64,000 nucleotides of DNA from an uncultured Chloroflexia bacterium (GCA_963810095.1 CAWEMM010000006.1:1376001-1440000), one strand, 5' to 3'; positions 19,315 to 32,606 are shown, numbered from the stretch's first letter. The notes: generated by a model not told the origin, from the sequence alone. Program-made: numbers and translations.

Positions 19315-20812
19315 TCATGCCGAGTCTCGGCCGGTGGAGCACATCGGATCGGTCACCTCGACCTCACCCACCTCCTGGGCAGTGTGGTCGAGCAGCCTCG
19401 CCGCAAAGCGGACGAACGCTGCGGCGTCGGCGAAGTTCGAGGCGATGCCCACGGAGATGCGGACCGCGCTCGACGTCGCGGCCGAAGTGCGCCTGCATCT
19501 CGCGGCGCAGCTCCTGAAACGAGAGCGCGGTCGACGAGACGAAGAACGAGCGCATGATCTCGGGGCCGAGGCCGTGGGCCACTTCGCCGGCGCCTGGGTT
19601 GCAGAAGCACCCGGTGCGCAGGGAGATGCCGCGGTGGTTCGCCAACTCCTCGATGCGGCGATCGTCGAGCGCCCGCCCGTTACAGTCGAAGAAGGTCATC
19701 GTAACGGTACCCCCGCGGGCATCCAGGGTGCGCGGACCGTGGATCTTGACGAGGGGCTGGCCGGACCGGTGGTGCAGCGAGCTCAGGTTTTCGATTAGCC
19801 AGCCGGTGAGCGCCATGACGCGGTCATGGATCATGTCGATCCCGACGGAAGCCAGGTGCCGCAGGCCGATCTCGACGGCCGGGATGTTGAGATAGTTGAC
19901 CGTGCCGTCCTCGAAACCCGCCTCGCCCGGCACAAGGTAATAGCCGTCGCCCTGCACCGACGAGATCGTGATCGTGCCGCCCGCGTACCACGGCCGCACT
20001 AACTTGTCGAGCGCAGACCGCCGCGCGAGCAGCGCGCCAACGCCCGAAGGATAACCAAACATCTTGTAGAACGACAGCGGGACAAAGTCGGGAAGCCAGG
20101 TCGACAGGTCCAGCCGGTTGCTCGGCGCGAATGCGGCAGCATCCACCAGCACGTCCCATCCCTTGGCGCGCGCGCTGGCGATCAACTCCAGGGGGTGCTG
20201 GACGCCCGAGAAGTTGGACTGGGCCGGAAAGGCAAAAAGGTTCCCGGCCCCTGGGGTGGCGCGGTCCAGTGCGGCGTCGAGCGCGGCCATGTCGATCCGG
20301 AGCTCGGGCGCGACGACGGGGACGTAGGTGAACGCCGCGCCCTTGCGCCTCGCAAACTCCCGTATACCGTTGACGGAGTTGTGGTTGTCGAAGGTCAGCA
20401 CGTAATGCCCACCCGGCGCAAAGGGGTAGGCTTCGCCCACGAGCTTGAGTGCGCCGCTGGCGTTGGGCGTGAAGATGACGACGTACTCGTCGGGCGGTGC
20501 ATTGAAATACTCGAGGACATAGCGCCGGGCGGCGTCGATCAGGCACGTCATTGCCTGCGAGGTCGGGTTGTTCGAGTGCGGGTTGCCGAACACGTTGCCG
20601 CTCAGCAGGTCGTGGTGTGCGCGGAGCTGGCCGGTCGCGTACAATCCGCCGCCGGTGTAGTCCAGGTAGACCTGGCCGGCCTGGTCCAGCCGGGCGTATT
20701 CACGATCGCGCAGCTCGTCAAGCGGGTCCGTCCGCCCGTAGGCGGGAAAGGCGCGCAGAAACGCTTCGTAAGCGGCGTCGTGCGTCGTTGTGTTAAGGAC
20801 GGGTTGGGTCAC
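19315..20812 (-). CDS. Class V aminotransferase, molybdenum-cofactor-sulfurase NifS-like domain, frameshift near 19471
   Basis: YLDYTGGG, FGNPHS, DNHNSVNGIRE, FPAQSNFSG, SFYKMFGYPSG, FEDGT, LRTGCFCNPGA. Removing one base gives SAVRISVGIASNF...RDSA* ending at 19315. Confidence 0.85.
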
Positions 20813-20842
20813 GGCGTCGTGTCCTCCTTGCGACGATGCTCT

Positions 20843-20880
20843 GACCCCGGTTTCGCCTCGGCCGAGACGGAACCGGGGTC
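20843..20880 (-). terminator. Strong hairpin downstream of pepF
   Basis: GACCCCGGTTTCG...CGGAACCGGGGTC inverted repeat. No clear U-tract. Confidence 0.4.
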
Positions 20881-20890
20881 TCCTATAGCC

Positions 20891-22693
<1,803 letters not shown>

Positions 22694-22775
22694 GATGTTT
22701 GGGCGCCCTTTCGGTCTGCAAGAGCGATGCCTTGCGGTGCACATGGGGTGCTTGCCCCATTTGCAAAGGAAGACT

Positions 22776-23663
22776 TCACTCGTTCTGGAAATGATACTCC
22801 ATCGAATCGCACACCGGACGATAGCCGATTCGTTGGTAGATGTCGTTTGAAGTTGGGTTGGCCAGGTCGGTGTACAGGGTGCAGAATGCCCACCCCGCAT
22901 CGAGAAGCTGCTGGCTGAGCGCTGCCACGCATGCCGACGCGTAGCCCCGGTTGCGCTGCTCGCGCGGCGTGTAGACCAGCGACACGGTCATCCCGTGGCT
23001 CGTCGGCCGCGCTTTCATAGCCATCGAGACGGGATGACCTTCGTTCTCCCAGACGAAGAGATCGCCCAGGCCAACCCGGCGCTCCGCCAGCCCCCAGGCT
23101 TCCAAGGGGTCCAAGGGCGGGAGATTGGCATCCAGGTTGAAGTTGGCCACCCACTCGGCGAGCGTAGCGAGGTCCGCAGAGCGCGCCTGCCTGAGGCAAC
23201 CGGGCACGCCTTCGGGCGGCGTGACCGTCCGGAGTTCGTAGATTCGCTGCCGCATCGCAACGGTGTACGGCCGGCCGGTGCGCTGCGACCAAAGCTCGGC
23301 CAGCGCAAGCGCCGCAGCGGCATGCCCGGTCACGCCCGGGAGTTGACCGTCCGGGCTATCGGGCGGGTTCTGTGCGGTAACGTCGACGAGGTCGTCCAGG
23401 ATCAGGCGCAGGGGTTCGGGATCGGCCCCCCGGCTGCTGTAGAGGATCACGTTGTGGGGTGGGGTTCGGACTGCGGCGGCCACCAGCGCGTCGCCCTCAT
23501 CCACGGTGGCCAGGTAGACGGCAGACTTGCCGTAGAAGTCGGGGCTTTCGGCCACTCGCATGGCGATGCCGACGATGAGGTTGTTGGCCGCCTCTTCCTG
23601 CTCGAGGGGCGCGCGCGCCCGCCGCAAAAACGCGGCCGGGTTCGCATAGCGTGTCAGTTGCAT
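22776..23663 (-). CDS. GNAT family N-acetyltransferase
   Basis: EAANNLIVG, VYTPREQRNRGYAS, LYTDLANPTSNDIYQRIGY. Confidence 0.9.
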   Translation of the reverse strand: MQLTRYANPAAFLRRARAPLEQEEAANNLIVGIAMRVAESPDFYGKSAVYLATVDEGDALVAAAVRTPPHNVILYSSRGADPEPLRLILDDLVDVTAQNPPDSPDGQLPGVTGHAAAALALAELWSQRTGRPYTVAMRQRIYELRTVTPPEGVPGCLRQARSADLATLAEWVANFNLDANLPPLDPLEAWGLAERRVGLGDLFVWENEGHPVSMAMKARPTSHGMTVSLVYTPREQRNRGYASACVAALSQQLLDAGWAFCTLYTDLANPTSNDIYQRIGYRPVCDSMEYHFQNE

Positions 23664-23714
23664 CGGGAACCTCCAGCCCCCACCGTGGAGCGGTGGAGGC
23701 GCTGCTGCTGTTTT

Positions 23715-23840
23715 GATGGGGGCCGGCCGGCCCCCGCCGCCGTCCTTCGGGCATTCTCGTTTGGCGAGGGCCGGCTGGCCCCCGCCGCCCCCGCCTCGGT
23801 GGCTTCGCCCCCGAGACCCCCAAAGGCAACGCTCTAAACG
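23715..23840. repeat. GC-rich composite palindromic repeat (CCCCCGCCGCCCCC...GCCCC...CCCCAAAGGC family)
   Basis: Shares CCCCCGCCGCCCCCG and ACCCCCAAAGGCAACGCT with 58430-58490. Related to 34260-34520 and 48140-48435. Confidence 0.6.
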
Positions 23841-23904
23841 TCTCTTGCGCCGCGCATCTGTCATGTCTCGACGGCACGGCGGCGCTAATGGTTGTGGTGC
23901 CCTG

Positions 23905-24478
23905 CTAATGGCTGGATCCGGCAAGTGTGCGCGCGTCGGGCCAGCAGTACGCCACGTCGATGAGTTGGGACGGGCCGATGGTGATGGCTTTTTCGCCAGA
24001 GAGCACGCCGTCCAGCGCTTCGTAGAAGGCACGGGCGGGCGCGTTCTTCTGCAGCGCCCAGATGACGATGGCGGCTCACACCCTGCTGCACAAGCCAGCC
24101 CGCGGCGACTGCCACCAACCGCCGCCCGATGCCCTGCCGTTGGTACTCGGGCGCGAGGTAGAGCGCGTACACCTCGCCGTCGTAGGCCACGCCGTCGACG
24201 ACCAGCCCTTCGCGCTCGGGGCCGCAGCTGGCAAAGCCGGCGATTGTGGACGGCTGGGGGCCGGTTAGCTCGGCGACGAACACCTGGCGGCCCTCGGCGG
24301 GCGCCTCGGCTAACCATTCGCGCCAGCGCGGCTCGCGCGCAACGGGGTCCAGCGCATCGAGGAAACTGTCGGCCACGATGCCCCGATACGCGGCCAGCCA
24401 GGACCGCACGTGCGCGCGGCTGATGCCCGGTGCGTCGGCGGGCGTCGCGTGCCGGATGCCCATGTCCATTTCCGTCAC
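23905..24478 (-). CDS. GNAT family N-acetyltransferase, frameshift near 24073
   Basis: IRHATPADA, SWLAAYRG, EVYALYLAPEYQRQGIGRRL. Shifted frame gives IWALQKNAPARAFYEALDG, stop at 23905. Confidence 0.88.
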
Positions 24479-24575
24479 CCCCGGCTTCCTCTCTGTCGGG
24501 CCGGTCTTCGCCCCGTGGAGTTTGGCCGCGACGGAAAATAATAGGATTTTGTGGTAGCCACTTTTATGACCACAG

Positions 24576-26375
24576 TCAGGATTTCGCAGCCTTCTGCCCC
24601 GCGACGTCCCCCAGCATCTCGGCCACGCTGGCCCGCCCGGCGTCCGTGTCCGCGCCCATCATGCGGGCCAGTTCCGCGACCTGGCCGTCGCCCTCCAGGC
24701 GTAGAACCTCGGTCGTCGTGCGGCCGGCGGCGACGTGCTTTGCGACGTGGTAGTGCAGGTCGCCATAAGCGGCAAGTTGTGGCAGGTGCGTGATGCACAG
24801 GACCTGGTGGCGCACACCCGCTGCTGCGGCCGCCGGTGCGCCGTTGCGCATGGTCAGCCCCCACAGCTTGAGCCCAACCGTGCCGCCCACCCGGCCGCCG
24901 ATGCCCTGGTCGATCTCGTCGAAGATGAGGGTCGGCGTCTCGTCGGCCCGACCGAGCACCGTCTTCAGCGCCAGCATGAGCCGAGACGTCTCGCCGCCAG
25001 ACGCAACCCTGGCCAAGGGCCGGAGCGGCTCGCCTGGGTTTGCGGAAACGAGGAAGCCGACCGTATCGAGCCCGTGGCCGTCGAAGGCATAGCGGCCGGG
25101 TTGGGCACTGCTTCGTATAGCCGAATCCGTCTCAACCACTGCACCGGACGGGTCAGCGGTCCATTGGATGTCGACGGCAAAATGTGCGCGGGCCATCTGC
25201 AGGTCGTCCAACTCGGCCTCGATCGCACGAGCCATGCGCTCGCCGGCTGCGCGGCGTGCGGCCGACAGTTCCGCGCCCTGCCGGCCCAACTCGACCAGGA
25301 ACCCTGCTTCCGCTGCCTCCAGCTCCTCGATGCGCTCGCCCGCATGGGTGATCGTTTCGAGCTCGGCGGCCGACCGCTGGCCGTACGCCAGCACCTCTTC
25401 GACGGTGTCCCCGTATTTGCGCTGCAGGCTGTGGATCACGTGCAGGCGCTCTTCCACCTGCTGCAGCCGCCGGGGGTTGAACTCCACGCCGTCGCGGTAG
25501 TGGCTCAGCTCGCGGCCGATGTCGTCGAGCAGCGCAGTCGCCTCGCCCAACTGGTCGAGCAGACCGGCCGCGGTGGGGTCGATGCGCGCAAGCCGGGTCA
25601 GTGCTTGTTCGGCCAAGCCCAGCGCGTCGAGGGCGCCTGGCGTGTCCGCATCGCTGCCCGAGATCAGCAGGCTGGCTTCGGTGCTCAGCTGCGACAACTG
25701 CTCGGCATTGGCGAGGCGCTTGCGCTCCGCGTCCAGTTCCTCTTCCTCGCCCACCTTGAGCTTAGCGGCCCGGATCTCCTCGACCTGGTAGCTGAGTAGG
25801 TCGATGCGACGGGCGCGTTCGCGCTCATCCTGGCGCAGCCCCTCCAACTCGCGGCGGATGGCCCGCACCCGGCGCACCAGGTCTGACACCCGGCCCACCT
25901 CTTCGCTCAGTCCTGCGTAGCGATCGAGCAAGCCGACGTGCTCGCGTTCGTGTAGCAACGAGAGGTGTTCGCCCTGGCCGTGCACGTCGACGAGCAGGTT
26001 GCCGACTTCGCCCAGCAGCGCCGTGGTGACCGCTCGACCGTTGACGCGCGCCACCGATCGCCCGTTCGCGCGCACCTCGCGTGCGAGCACGATTTCGTCG
26101 GCCTGGTCGCCCTCCAGCCCGTGCTCGGCCAGCAGGGGCGCCACGCGCGCTCCGACGGACGGGTTCAGCCGGAATGTGCCCTCGACCTCGGTCCGGTCGG
26201 CGCCGGCGCGCACGACTTCCTGCGATGCCCGGTCGCCCAGCAGCAGGTTGACAGCGTCGATGATGATGGACTTGCCCGCGCCGGTCTCGCCGGTCAGCAC
26301 ATTGAAGCCGGGTCCGAAGACGAGGTCAAGGCGGTCGATGATCGCGAGATCGCGTATCCGTAGTTCGGTCAGCAT
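24576..26375 (-). CDS. recN: DNA repair protein RecN
   Basis: LTGETGAGKSII, VHGQGEH, ASGGETSR, LIFDEIDQGIGG, ITHLPQLAA. Confidence 0.97.
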   Translation of the reverse strand: MLTELRIRDLAIIDRLDLVFGPGFNVLTGETGAGKSIIIDAVNLLLGDRASQEVVRAGADRTEVEGTFRLNPSVGARVAPLLAEHGLEGDQADEIVLAREVRANGRSVARVNGRAVTTALLGEVGNLLVDVHGQGEHLSLLHEREHVGLLDRYAGLSEEVGRVSDLVRRVRAIRRELEGLRQDERERARRIDLLSYQVEEIRAAKLKVGEEEELDAERKRLANAEQLSQLSTEASLLISGSDADTPGALDALGLAEQALTRLARIDPTAAGLLDQLGEATALLDDIGRELSHYRDGVEFNPRRLQQVEERLHVIHSLQRKYGDTVEEVLAYGQRSAAELETITHAGERIEELEAAEAGFLVELGRQGAELSAARRAAGERMARAIEAELDDLQMARAHFAVDIQWTADPSGAVVETDSAIRSSAQPGRYAFDGHGLDTVGFLVSANPGEPLRPLARVASGGETSRLMLALKTVLGRADETPTLIFDEIDQGIGGRVGGTVGLKLWGLTMRNGAPAAAAAGVRHQVLCITHLPQLAAYGDLHYHVAKHVAAGRTTTEVLRLEGDGQVAELARMMGADTDAGRASVAEMLGDVAGQKAAKS

Positions 26376-26385
26376 ACTTATATCT

Positions 26386-27616
26386 CTAGCTTCGCCGCAC
26401 CTGGGGGGCGAAGAGAATCAGGCCCAGCGCAAAGACCAGGGAAATGCCCGCTCCGAGAGCGATCGCGAGGCTTGCCCCGATCACCTGCGCCACGGCCCCG
26501 GCCAGCAGCGACCCGAACGGCGCGGTGCCGAAGAACATGAGCGAGTAGACGCTCGTGACGCGGCCGCGCAGTTCATCGGGCGCCAGGGTCTGGACCAGGG
26601 TATTGGCCTCGACATTTTGCATGACGAAGCCGAGACCGACGAGCACGAGCAGGAACAGCGCGACGTACAAGTTGCCGGTGAACGCCAGGCCGAGCAGCGC
26701 CAGCGGGAACAGCAGGCTTCCGACGGTCAGGATGCCTCCGCGGTTGCCCCGCCGGCTGAGGCTGGCGACCAAGAGCGAGCCAACGAGTGCGCCGACGCCG
26801 ACTGCTGCGTTCATCACCCCGTAGCCGGCCTCGTCCGTGTGCAGCACGTCCGTGGCGTAGGCCGGCAGCAGGACGGCATACGAAAAGCCGAAGAGCGCGG
26901 CCGCACCGACGAGGACGATGATGGGACGGATCACCTGGTGATGGGCGATGAAGCGGATGCCCTCGCCGATGTCGGCGAAGACGCGACGGCTGGACGGCCG
27001 GCCCACGTCGTTGGGCAGCACCAGGAGCAGGAGCGCGATGAGCACGGCGAGGAAGCTGAGGGCATTGAGCGCGAAACACCAGGCCGCGCCGGCCGTTGCC
27101 AGCACGAGGCCGCCGATGGCCGGCCCCACCACGCGCTGCCATGTTGAACATCATGGCATTGAGCGCGATGGCGTTCTGCATGTCCTCCCGGTCATCGACC
27201 AACTCTGGGACGATGGACATGCGGGCGGGCGCATCAAACGAGTTCGCCACGCCGAGCAGGAACGCCAGCACGCCAATCTGCCAAACCTGCAGCGTCCCGC
27301 TCCATGCAAGCCCGGCGAGGATGAACGCGAACACCATCATGCTGGCTTGCGTGATGATCAATAACTTGCGCTTGGACACGCGGTCGGCAACGACGCCGCC
27401 CGGAAGCATCAGGAACAGCGTGGGCAGGGTCCCGATGAATGCGATGGTGCCCAACGCGAATTTAGAGCCCGTGAGTTGATAGACCAGCCAGCCTTGCGCC
27501 ACGGACTGCATCCACGTGCCCATGAGCGAAAGGACCTGGCCGACGAACCACTTGCGGTAGTTCGGATGCCGCAATGCCGCAAACGTTGCGGGAATCCGGC
27601 CCGAAGCTCCTTGCAT
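26386..27616 (-). CDS. MFS transporter, frameshift near 27137
   Basis: ALRHPNYR..GQVLSLMGTWMQSVAQGWLV, NAIALN..FNMA/RVVGPAIGG, DELRGRV. Confidence 0.9.
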
Positions 27617-27647
27617 GTTTGCCTACCTATCTACGCCTTACACTTCG

Positions 27648-28160
27648 CTACAACAACCTCGCGTACAATGTGCTTGCTGCCAACCCGCCCAGGAGCAGCG
27701 CACTCCAAAACATGAACATACCCGGAAAGCCCACCAGGAAGAACCCGACGGCCAGGAAGCCTACAACAAAAGCTGCGGTTGCACCGATCTTGAGGCCGGC
27801 CGCACGTCGACGCCGGAGCACTCGCCGGATGACCTCGGCCACCGCGCCGCCGGCCGCGGGCCCGGCAAAAAATGCGATGATGAAGCCGATCCACGGGATG
27901 CGCCCGAGGAACAGGTACGACAATGCGCCCACGCCCAGGCCGAGCACTAACGCGATGACCGTGCCGATGGCGACGTCGGAGCTGGTGCCGTTGTAATACC
28001 TGGCCTGTGCAGCCTTGCGGCAGTCGGGACAGATCTGCCCGACCGGCGTCTTGAAGGCGCACTGGTAGCAGATGGGCTTGTCGCAGCGGTGGCAGCGCAG
28101 CCCGGTCTCGCGATCTGGATGGTTCACGCAGTAGATCGCCGGAACAACTGGTTCGGTCAT
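27648..28160 (-). CDS. B-box-like zinc-finger membrane protein
   Basis: YCVNHPDRETGLRCHRCDKPICYQC...TPVGQICPDC followed by hydrophobic helices. Confidence 0.8.
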   Translation of the reverse strand: MTEPVVPAIYCVNHPDRETGLRCHRCDKPICYQCAFKTPVGQICPDCRKAAQARYYNGTSSDVAIGTVIALVLGLGVGALSYLFLGRIPWIGFIIAFFAGPAAGGAVAEVIRRVLRRRRAAGLKIGATAAFVVGFLAVGFFLVGFPGMFMFWSALLLGGLAASTLYARLL

Positions 28161-28270
28161 AAGTCCTACTTTCTCTGTCTCGAGAAATCACGTTCCTTGC
28201 GCCGGCTTAGCCGGCGACGTAAACGGGATTTCCAGCCTATAACGCGTTGGAGAAACCAGTTCCTGGCCCT

Positions 28271-29119
28271 CTATCCTCGCCAACGGAGGCGCTCCATCAG
28301 CGTGCGGTAGAAGTACGCCCGGTCTTGCACGTGGACGAACTGCGCGACGTGCCGGCTTGCGCGCACCTCTACCCGGTCGCCTTCGGCCAGGGCGATCTCG
28401 AACTGTCCGTCGACGGTAAGGATGGGCGCGTAGTCGGCGTGCGCCTCGAGCGTGATCGTGGCGCCCTGGGCTAACACGATGGGCCGGTCCAGGCTGAGGT
28501 GCGCGCAGATCGGGATGACGAGGATGTTTTTGAGCTCTGGCGGCAGGATCGGGCCGCCAGCGGCCAGCGCGTACCCCGTGCAGCCGGTCGGCGTCGAGAC
28601 GATGACGCCGTCGGCCCGGAAGGTCGTCAGGTAGCTCTGATCGACCCAGGTGTTGACCGAGATGATGCGCGCCAGGCCACCCCGGCTGATGACGACGTCG
28701 TTGATGGCGAGGTAGGAGTGGTTGACCGATGGCTCGCCCTCGCGCGTCAGGGCCACGTCGAGCAGCATCCGCTCTTCGATCCAGTACCGGCCGCCCAGAA
28801 TTTCCTCCAGCGGCGGCTCCCATTCCTCGGGCGTGATTTCAGCCAGGAAGCTGACCTTGCCGAGCTTTACGCCGACGATGGGCACCTGGTCGCGGCTGGC
28901 CACGCGGGCGGCGCGCAGCATGGTGCCATCGCCGCCAAGCGTGACGAGCAGGTCGAGCCCGCGCACGTTTGCCAGCGCCTCGGGTTCGTCCCACGCCGAG
29001 CCGATCCAGACGGAGCAGCCGCGGGTTTGCAGGAACTCGGCCATTCGGTCCGCCAGGGGTGCGCTCTCAGGTTTCTTCGGATGAATGAGCAGTCCGACGC
29101 TGCGGGGCGCGTTGAGCAT
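28271..29119 (-). CDS. nadK: NAD(+) kinase
   Basis: TLGGDGTML, AINDVV, ADGVIVSTPTGCTGYALAAGGPI. Confidence 0.96.
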   Translation of the reverse strand: MLNAPRSVGLLIHPKKPESAPLADRMAEFLQTRGCSVWIGSAWDEPEALANVRGLDLLVTLGGDGTMLRAARVASRDQVPIVGVKLGKVSFLAEITPEEWEPPLEEILGGRYWIEERMLLDVALTREGEPSVNHSYLAINDVVISRGGLARIISVNTWVDQSYLTTFRADGVIVSTPTGCTGYALAAGGPILPPELKNILVIPICAHLSLDRPIVLAQGATITLEAHADYAPILTVDGQFEIALAEGDRVEVRASRHVAQFVHVQDRAYFYRTLMERLRWRG

Positions 29120-29132
29120 GGACGGGTCCCCC

Positions 29133-30399
29133 CTATGCCAAGCCCAGGTGGGCCCGCAGCCAGTTGACGATCTCGGCGCTGTTGACCGAAGTCTGCTGGC
29201 CGGTTGCCATCTCGCGCACGAGCACCGTATCCTGTGCCAGCTCTGACTCGCCGAGGATGATGGTGTAGGCGACGCTCGCCTTGTCCGCGCTCTTGAGCTG
29301 CGCTTTGAGGCTGCGGCTGCCGAAGGCTAGCAGCGCGCCGATCTCGGCCTCGCGCAGCTGGCGCACCAGCTTGATCCCGGCCGCCCGGGCCGCTTCGCCC
29401 AACGGAGAAACCTGCACGCGCGGGGCGGGCAGGGCCGGCGGCTGCACACCCTGCGCTTTCAGGCTGGCGATGACCCGCTCGATGCCCATCCCGAAGCCGA
29501 TGCCGGGGGTCGGCGGTCCGCCGAGCTCCTCGATGAGACGGTCGTAGCGGCCGCCACCGCACACGGCGGCCTGTGCACCGATGCCCTGTGCCCACACCTC
29601 GAACACCGTCTTCGTGTAATAGTCCAGGCCGCGCACGAGCCGGAAGTTGATCGTGTGGGGCATGTTGAGGCTGTCGAGGTAGCCGCGCAGGGTGGCGAGG
29701 TGCGTGGCGCACTCTTCGCAGAGATAGTCGACGCTGTGAGGCGCGTCGTTCAGCAGCGGCTGGGCGGCCTCCTCCTTCGAGTCGAGCAGGCGCAGCGGGT
29801 TGATCGACAGCCGGCGGCGGTCGGTCTCGTTCAGCCGGTCCTCGTACTGCTTGAAGTAGGTAATCAGGGCCTGGCGGTAGGCCGGGCGGCAGTTGGGACA
29901 GCCGGTCGAGTTGAGCTGGAAGCTCAGCCCGCGGTAGCCAAGGCGCGAGAGCAAGCGTCCAGGCGACCGACATGACTTCCAGGTCGACCGCGGGATCGAG
30001 CTCGCCGAGCATCTCGACGTTGAACTGGTGGTGCTGGCGGAAGCGGCCGGCCTGGGGGCGCTCGTAGCGGAAGATCGGGCCCATGGAGTAGAGCTTGACC
30101 GGCTGGGGCCGCACGTGCATGCCGTGCTGGATGTACGCGCGCATGACGCCCGCGGTCCATTCGGGGCGCAGCGTGATTTCATCGCCGCCCTTATCCTGGA
30201 AGGTGTACATCTCCTTGTCGACGATGTCGGTCCCTTCCCCAACCCCACGCACATACAGGCTGGTTGCCTCGAAGATGGGTGTGTCGATCTGCTGCAGGCC
30301 AAAGAGCGCAGCGACCTTGTGCATTTCTTCGGTCACGTAGCGCCAGTATGGCCGGTCCTCGGGCAGGATGTCCTGAGTGCCCTTCGGGGCCTGGTACAT
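29133..30399 (-). CDS. hisS: Histidine--tRNA ligase, frameshift near 29955
   Basis: PKGTQD, GTDIVDKEMY, LRPEWTA, FRYERPQAGRFRQ, then LVRGLDYYT and GGGRYD in the next frame. Confidence 0.96.
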
Positions 30400-30449
30400 G
30401 TTGATTGCCTCCGAATCCGATTTCCGCGCCGAGGCGCGACAACCTGCGA

Positions 30450-30478
30450 ATTATAGCGCAGTTGAAGCGCAGTGTCTA
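30450..30478 (-). promoter_or_regulatory. Putative sigma70 promoter for hisS operon
   Basis: Minus strand TAGACA-17 nt-TATAAT. Confidence 0.5.
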
Positions 30479-30519
30479 AGGAAGTGCAGGGCGCGCGGCC
30501 CCAACTCCGACGGCGCGGC

Positions 30520-30570
30520 GCCCTTCGCGCTTCGCATCCTTCATCCCCCTTCGCGTCTTCGCGTTCCAAA
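30520..30570 (-). repeat. (GCGAAG)n-type intergenic repeat, minus orientation
   Basis: CCCTTCGCGCTTCGC...CCTTCGCGTCTTCGCGTTCC, the reverse complement of the 14005 type. Confidence 0.55.
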
Positions 30571-30659
30571 CCGAACCCCCCGTTGACAGCCTTGTGTCGA
30601 ATATGGTACAAGCACCGACCAGAAGCGGGTGGCACCCGTCTTGCGGAGGTGTATGAAGC

Positions 30660-31236
30660 ATGGCTGATATCAGAGGCACGGCGAGGGAGGTGGCGCCTGA
30701 ACGACGCGCCGAACTGCTCGAAACATTGCGGGCTCGTTTCGAGAAACACATGGACCGCCACCCCGGGCTCGAGTGGAGCCAGGTGCAGGCCCGGCTGGAG
30801 GAGCACCCCGACAAATTGTGGTCGCTCGGCGAGATGGAACGGACCGGCGGCGAGCCGGACGTGACCGGCCGTGACGGGGAAACCGGCGCGTTCGTTTTCT
30901 GCGATTGCGCCGCGGAAAGCCCGCAGGGCCGTCGCAACCTGTGTTATGACCGGGCCGCGCTTGACGCGCGCAAGACGGCCAAGCCGGAGAACAGCGCGGT
31001 GGACCTGGCGGCCGCGATGGGCGTTGCGCTCCTGACAGAAGAGGAATACCGGGCGCTGCAGGAACGCGGCGAGTACGATCTGAAGACGTCAAGCTGGCTC
31101 GGCACGCCCCCCGAGGTCCGGAAACACGGGGGCGCCATCTTCGGCGACCGTCGTTTCGGCCGCGTCTTCATCTATCACAACGGCGCGGACTCGTATTACG
31201 GGGCAAGGGGCTTTCGAGGCGCTGCTGCGGGTGTGA
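30660..31236 (+). CDS. DUF4256 domain protein (probable extra base near 31223; ORF track ends 31262)
   Basis: RFEKHMDRH, EMERTGGEPDV, ESPQGRRNLCYD, DLKTSSW, GGAIFGDRR, YHNGADSYYGARGFRG. A ...LRV* end is restored by deleting one base. Confidence 0.85.
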
Positions 31237-31247
31237 AAAGGCGGGAA

Positions 31248-31342
31248 TTGGACGCAGATTGAACTGATGTGGACTGATGTACCTGATCGTTGTCCACGCG
31301 TATCAGGAAAATCAGTCTAGCACAGTTGAATCTGCGTCCTGT
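31248..31342. repeat. Palindromic intergenic element / bidirectional terminator (GGACGCAGATT...AATCTGCGTCC)
   Basis: Terminal inverted repeats between convergent genes. Internal ATTGAACTGAT and GGACTGAT motifs resemble the 527/43149 element. Confidence 0.6.
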
Positions 31343-32606
31343 TATTGCTTCGGCGGGTGCACGCTGAGGTATTGCAGCAGGAAGGGGAAGGTCTCGCCGA
31401 GCACCTCGTAGCTCTCCCAGCCGACCGAAGCGGCCGCGGCGAAGATGGCCGCACCGAGCACGTAGTCGTCCTGCATGAGGTGCGCGTCGTACCAGGCCAA
31501 TTGCTCGATGTAGTTGCCCGGCGTGTCGCTGCCCATCCCCAAGCCGGCCCAGTAACCCCCGAAGTCCTGCCAGCCCTTGCCTTGCGGGCCGGGGCGGTTC
31601 TGGAGCAGACCGTCGATACCCACCTCTGTCAGCAGGAGGGGGATGTTGAGCTTGTTCGGCTGGAGGTACTGGCGATACACCTTGCGGTAGCGCAGGGTGA
31701 TCCACCCTTCCTCGGCCGCGTTGATCGTCCACCCCAGGGGGTCTTGCGGGGTCCCGAACTGCATGGTCGGCGCGCTGTACTCGTGCAGCCCGAGATACCC
31801 CTTATGCTTGATGGCTGCCTCGAGCGCGGGCCGGAACTGGGGCCACCACTCGAGCGGCGGCATCCCCGCGCTGAAGTTGCCGACGCACGAGCGCACACCG
31901 GCCTTAGCGAAGATCTCCGTGCGGGCCGCCTCGAACTCGCCAAGGCGGGCCATCTCGTCCGGGTTGCCCGGCGTCGGCTCGTTGAACGACTCCCATGCGT
32001 CGATATTGGCCAGGCGGCGCGGCTCCGTCGCAATGGGCAACAGCTTGTCTGCGAACGCCTGCGCTTCGGCCTTCGGGTTGGACATGCCGCCAGGTTGACC
32101 TGGGGCACGTCCATGCGGCCGACGATCAGCGTCTTGGGCGAGATGGACTTGATTTCGGCCACCAAGTTCGGGTCATACTCCAGCGTCTTGATCAGCGTGA
32201 CGTTGCCCGTGCGCAAGAGATCGAAGATGCGGCCATCGTTCCGGCTGATAAACAGGCCCAACTTGCTCGCCGGGCCGGGCGGGAAGGCCGTGGCCGTCGG
32301 AGTGGGCGTGGGCGCGGGGGTTGGGGTGTCTGTAGGCAGCGGCGTGTCGGTGACGGTTGCGGTCGCCGTGGCAGTCGCCGCGGTGGTGGAGGTCGCAAGC
32401 GGGCTGAGCGGGTCGGTTGCGGTCGCCAGCGGGGTCGAGCCGGCCGATGGCGTGCCGGTCGGCGTACCGGCCCTGGGCGTGCGCGTCGGAGTTGGCGTTG
32501 GGCCGGGCGCGCGGGCGCCGCAGGCCGCCGAAACGGACATGGCTCCGACGGCTGCGAGCGTGCGCAGGAATGCACGGCGGTTGAGCCGCGGTTTGTTATT
32601 CGTCAT
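31342..32606 (-). CDS. Tat-exported lipoprotein with P/T linker and glycoside-hydrolase-like TIM barrel, frameshift near 32088
   Basis: LNRRAFLR twin-Arg, SAAC lipobox, PT repeats, WESFNEP, GLHEY, LLLTEVGID. Confidence 0.7.

Noticed and set aside
29133-30399. hisS and other split genes as pseudogenes or programmed frameshifts
   Set aside because: Each has one indel with otherwise intact motifs, there are no slippery heptamers, and an essential gene is affected. Sequencing error is more parsimonious.
30620-30645. T-box-like GGGTGGCACC near hisS
   Set aside because: It is on the strand opposite to hisS, has no stem I or terminator, and is simply a short palindrome (CGGGTGGCACCCG).
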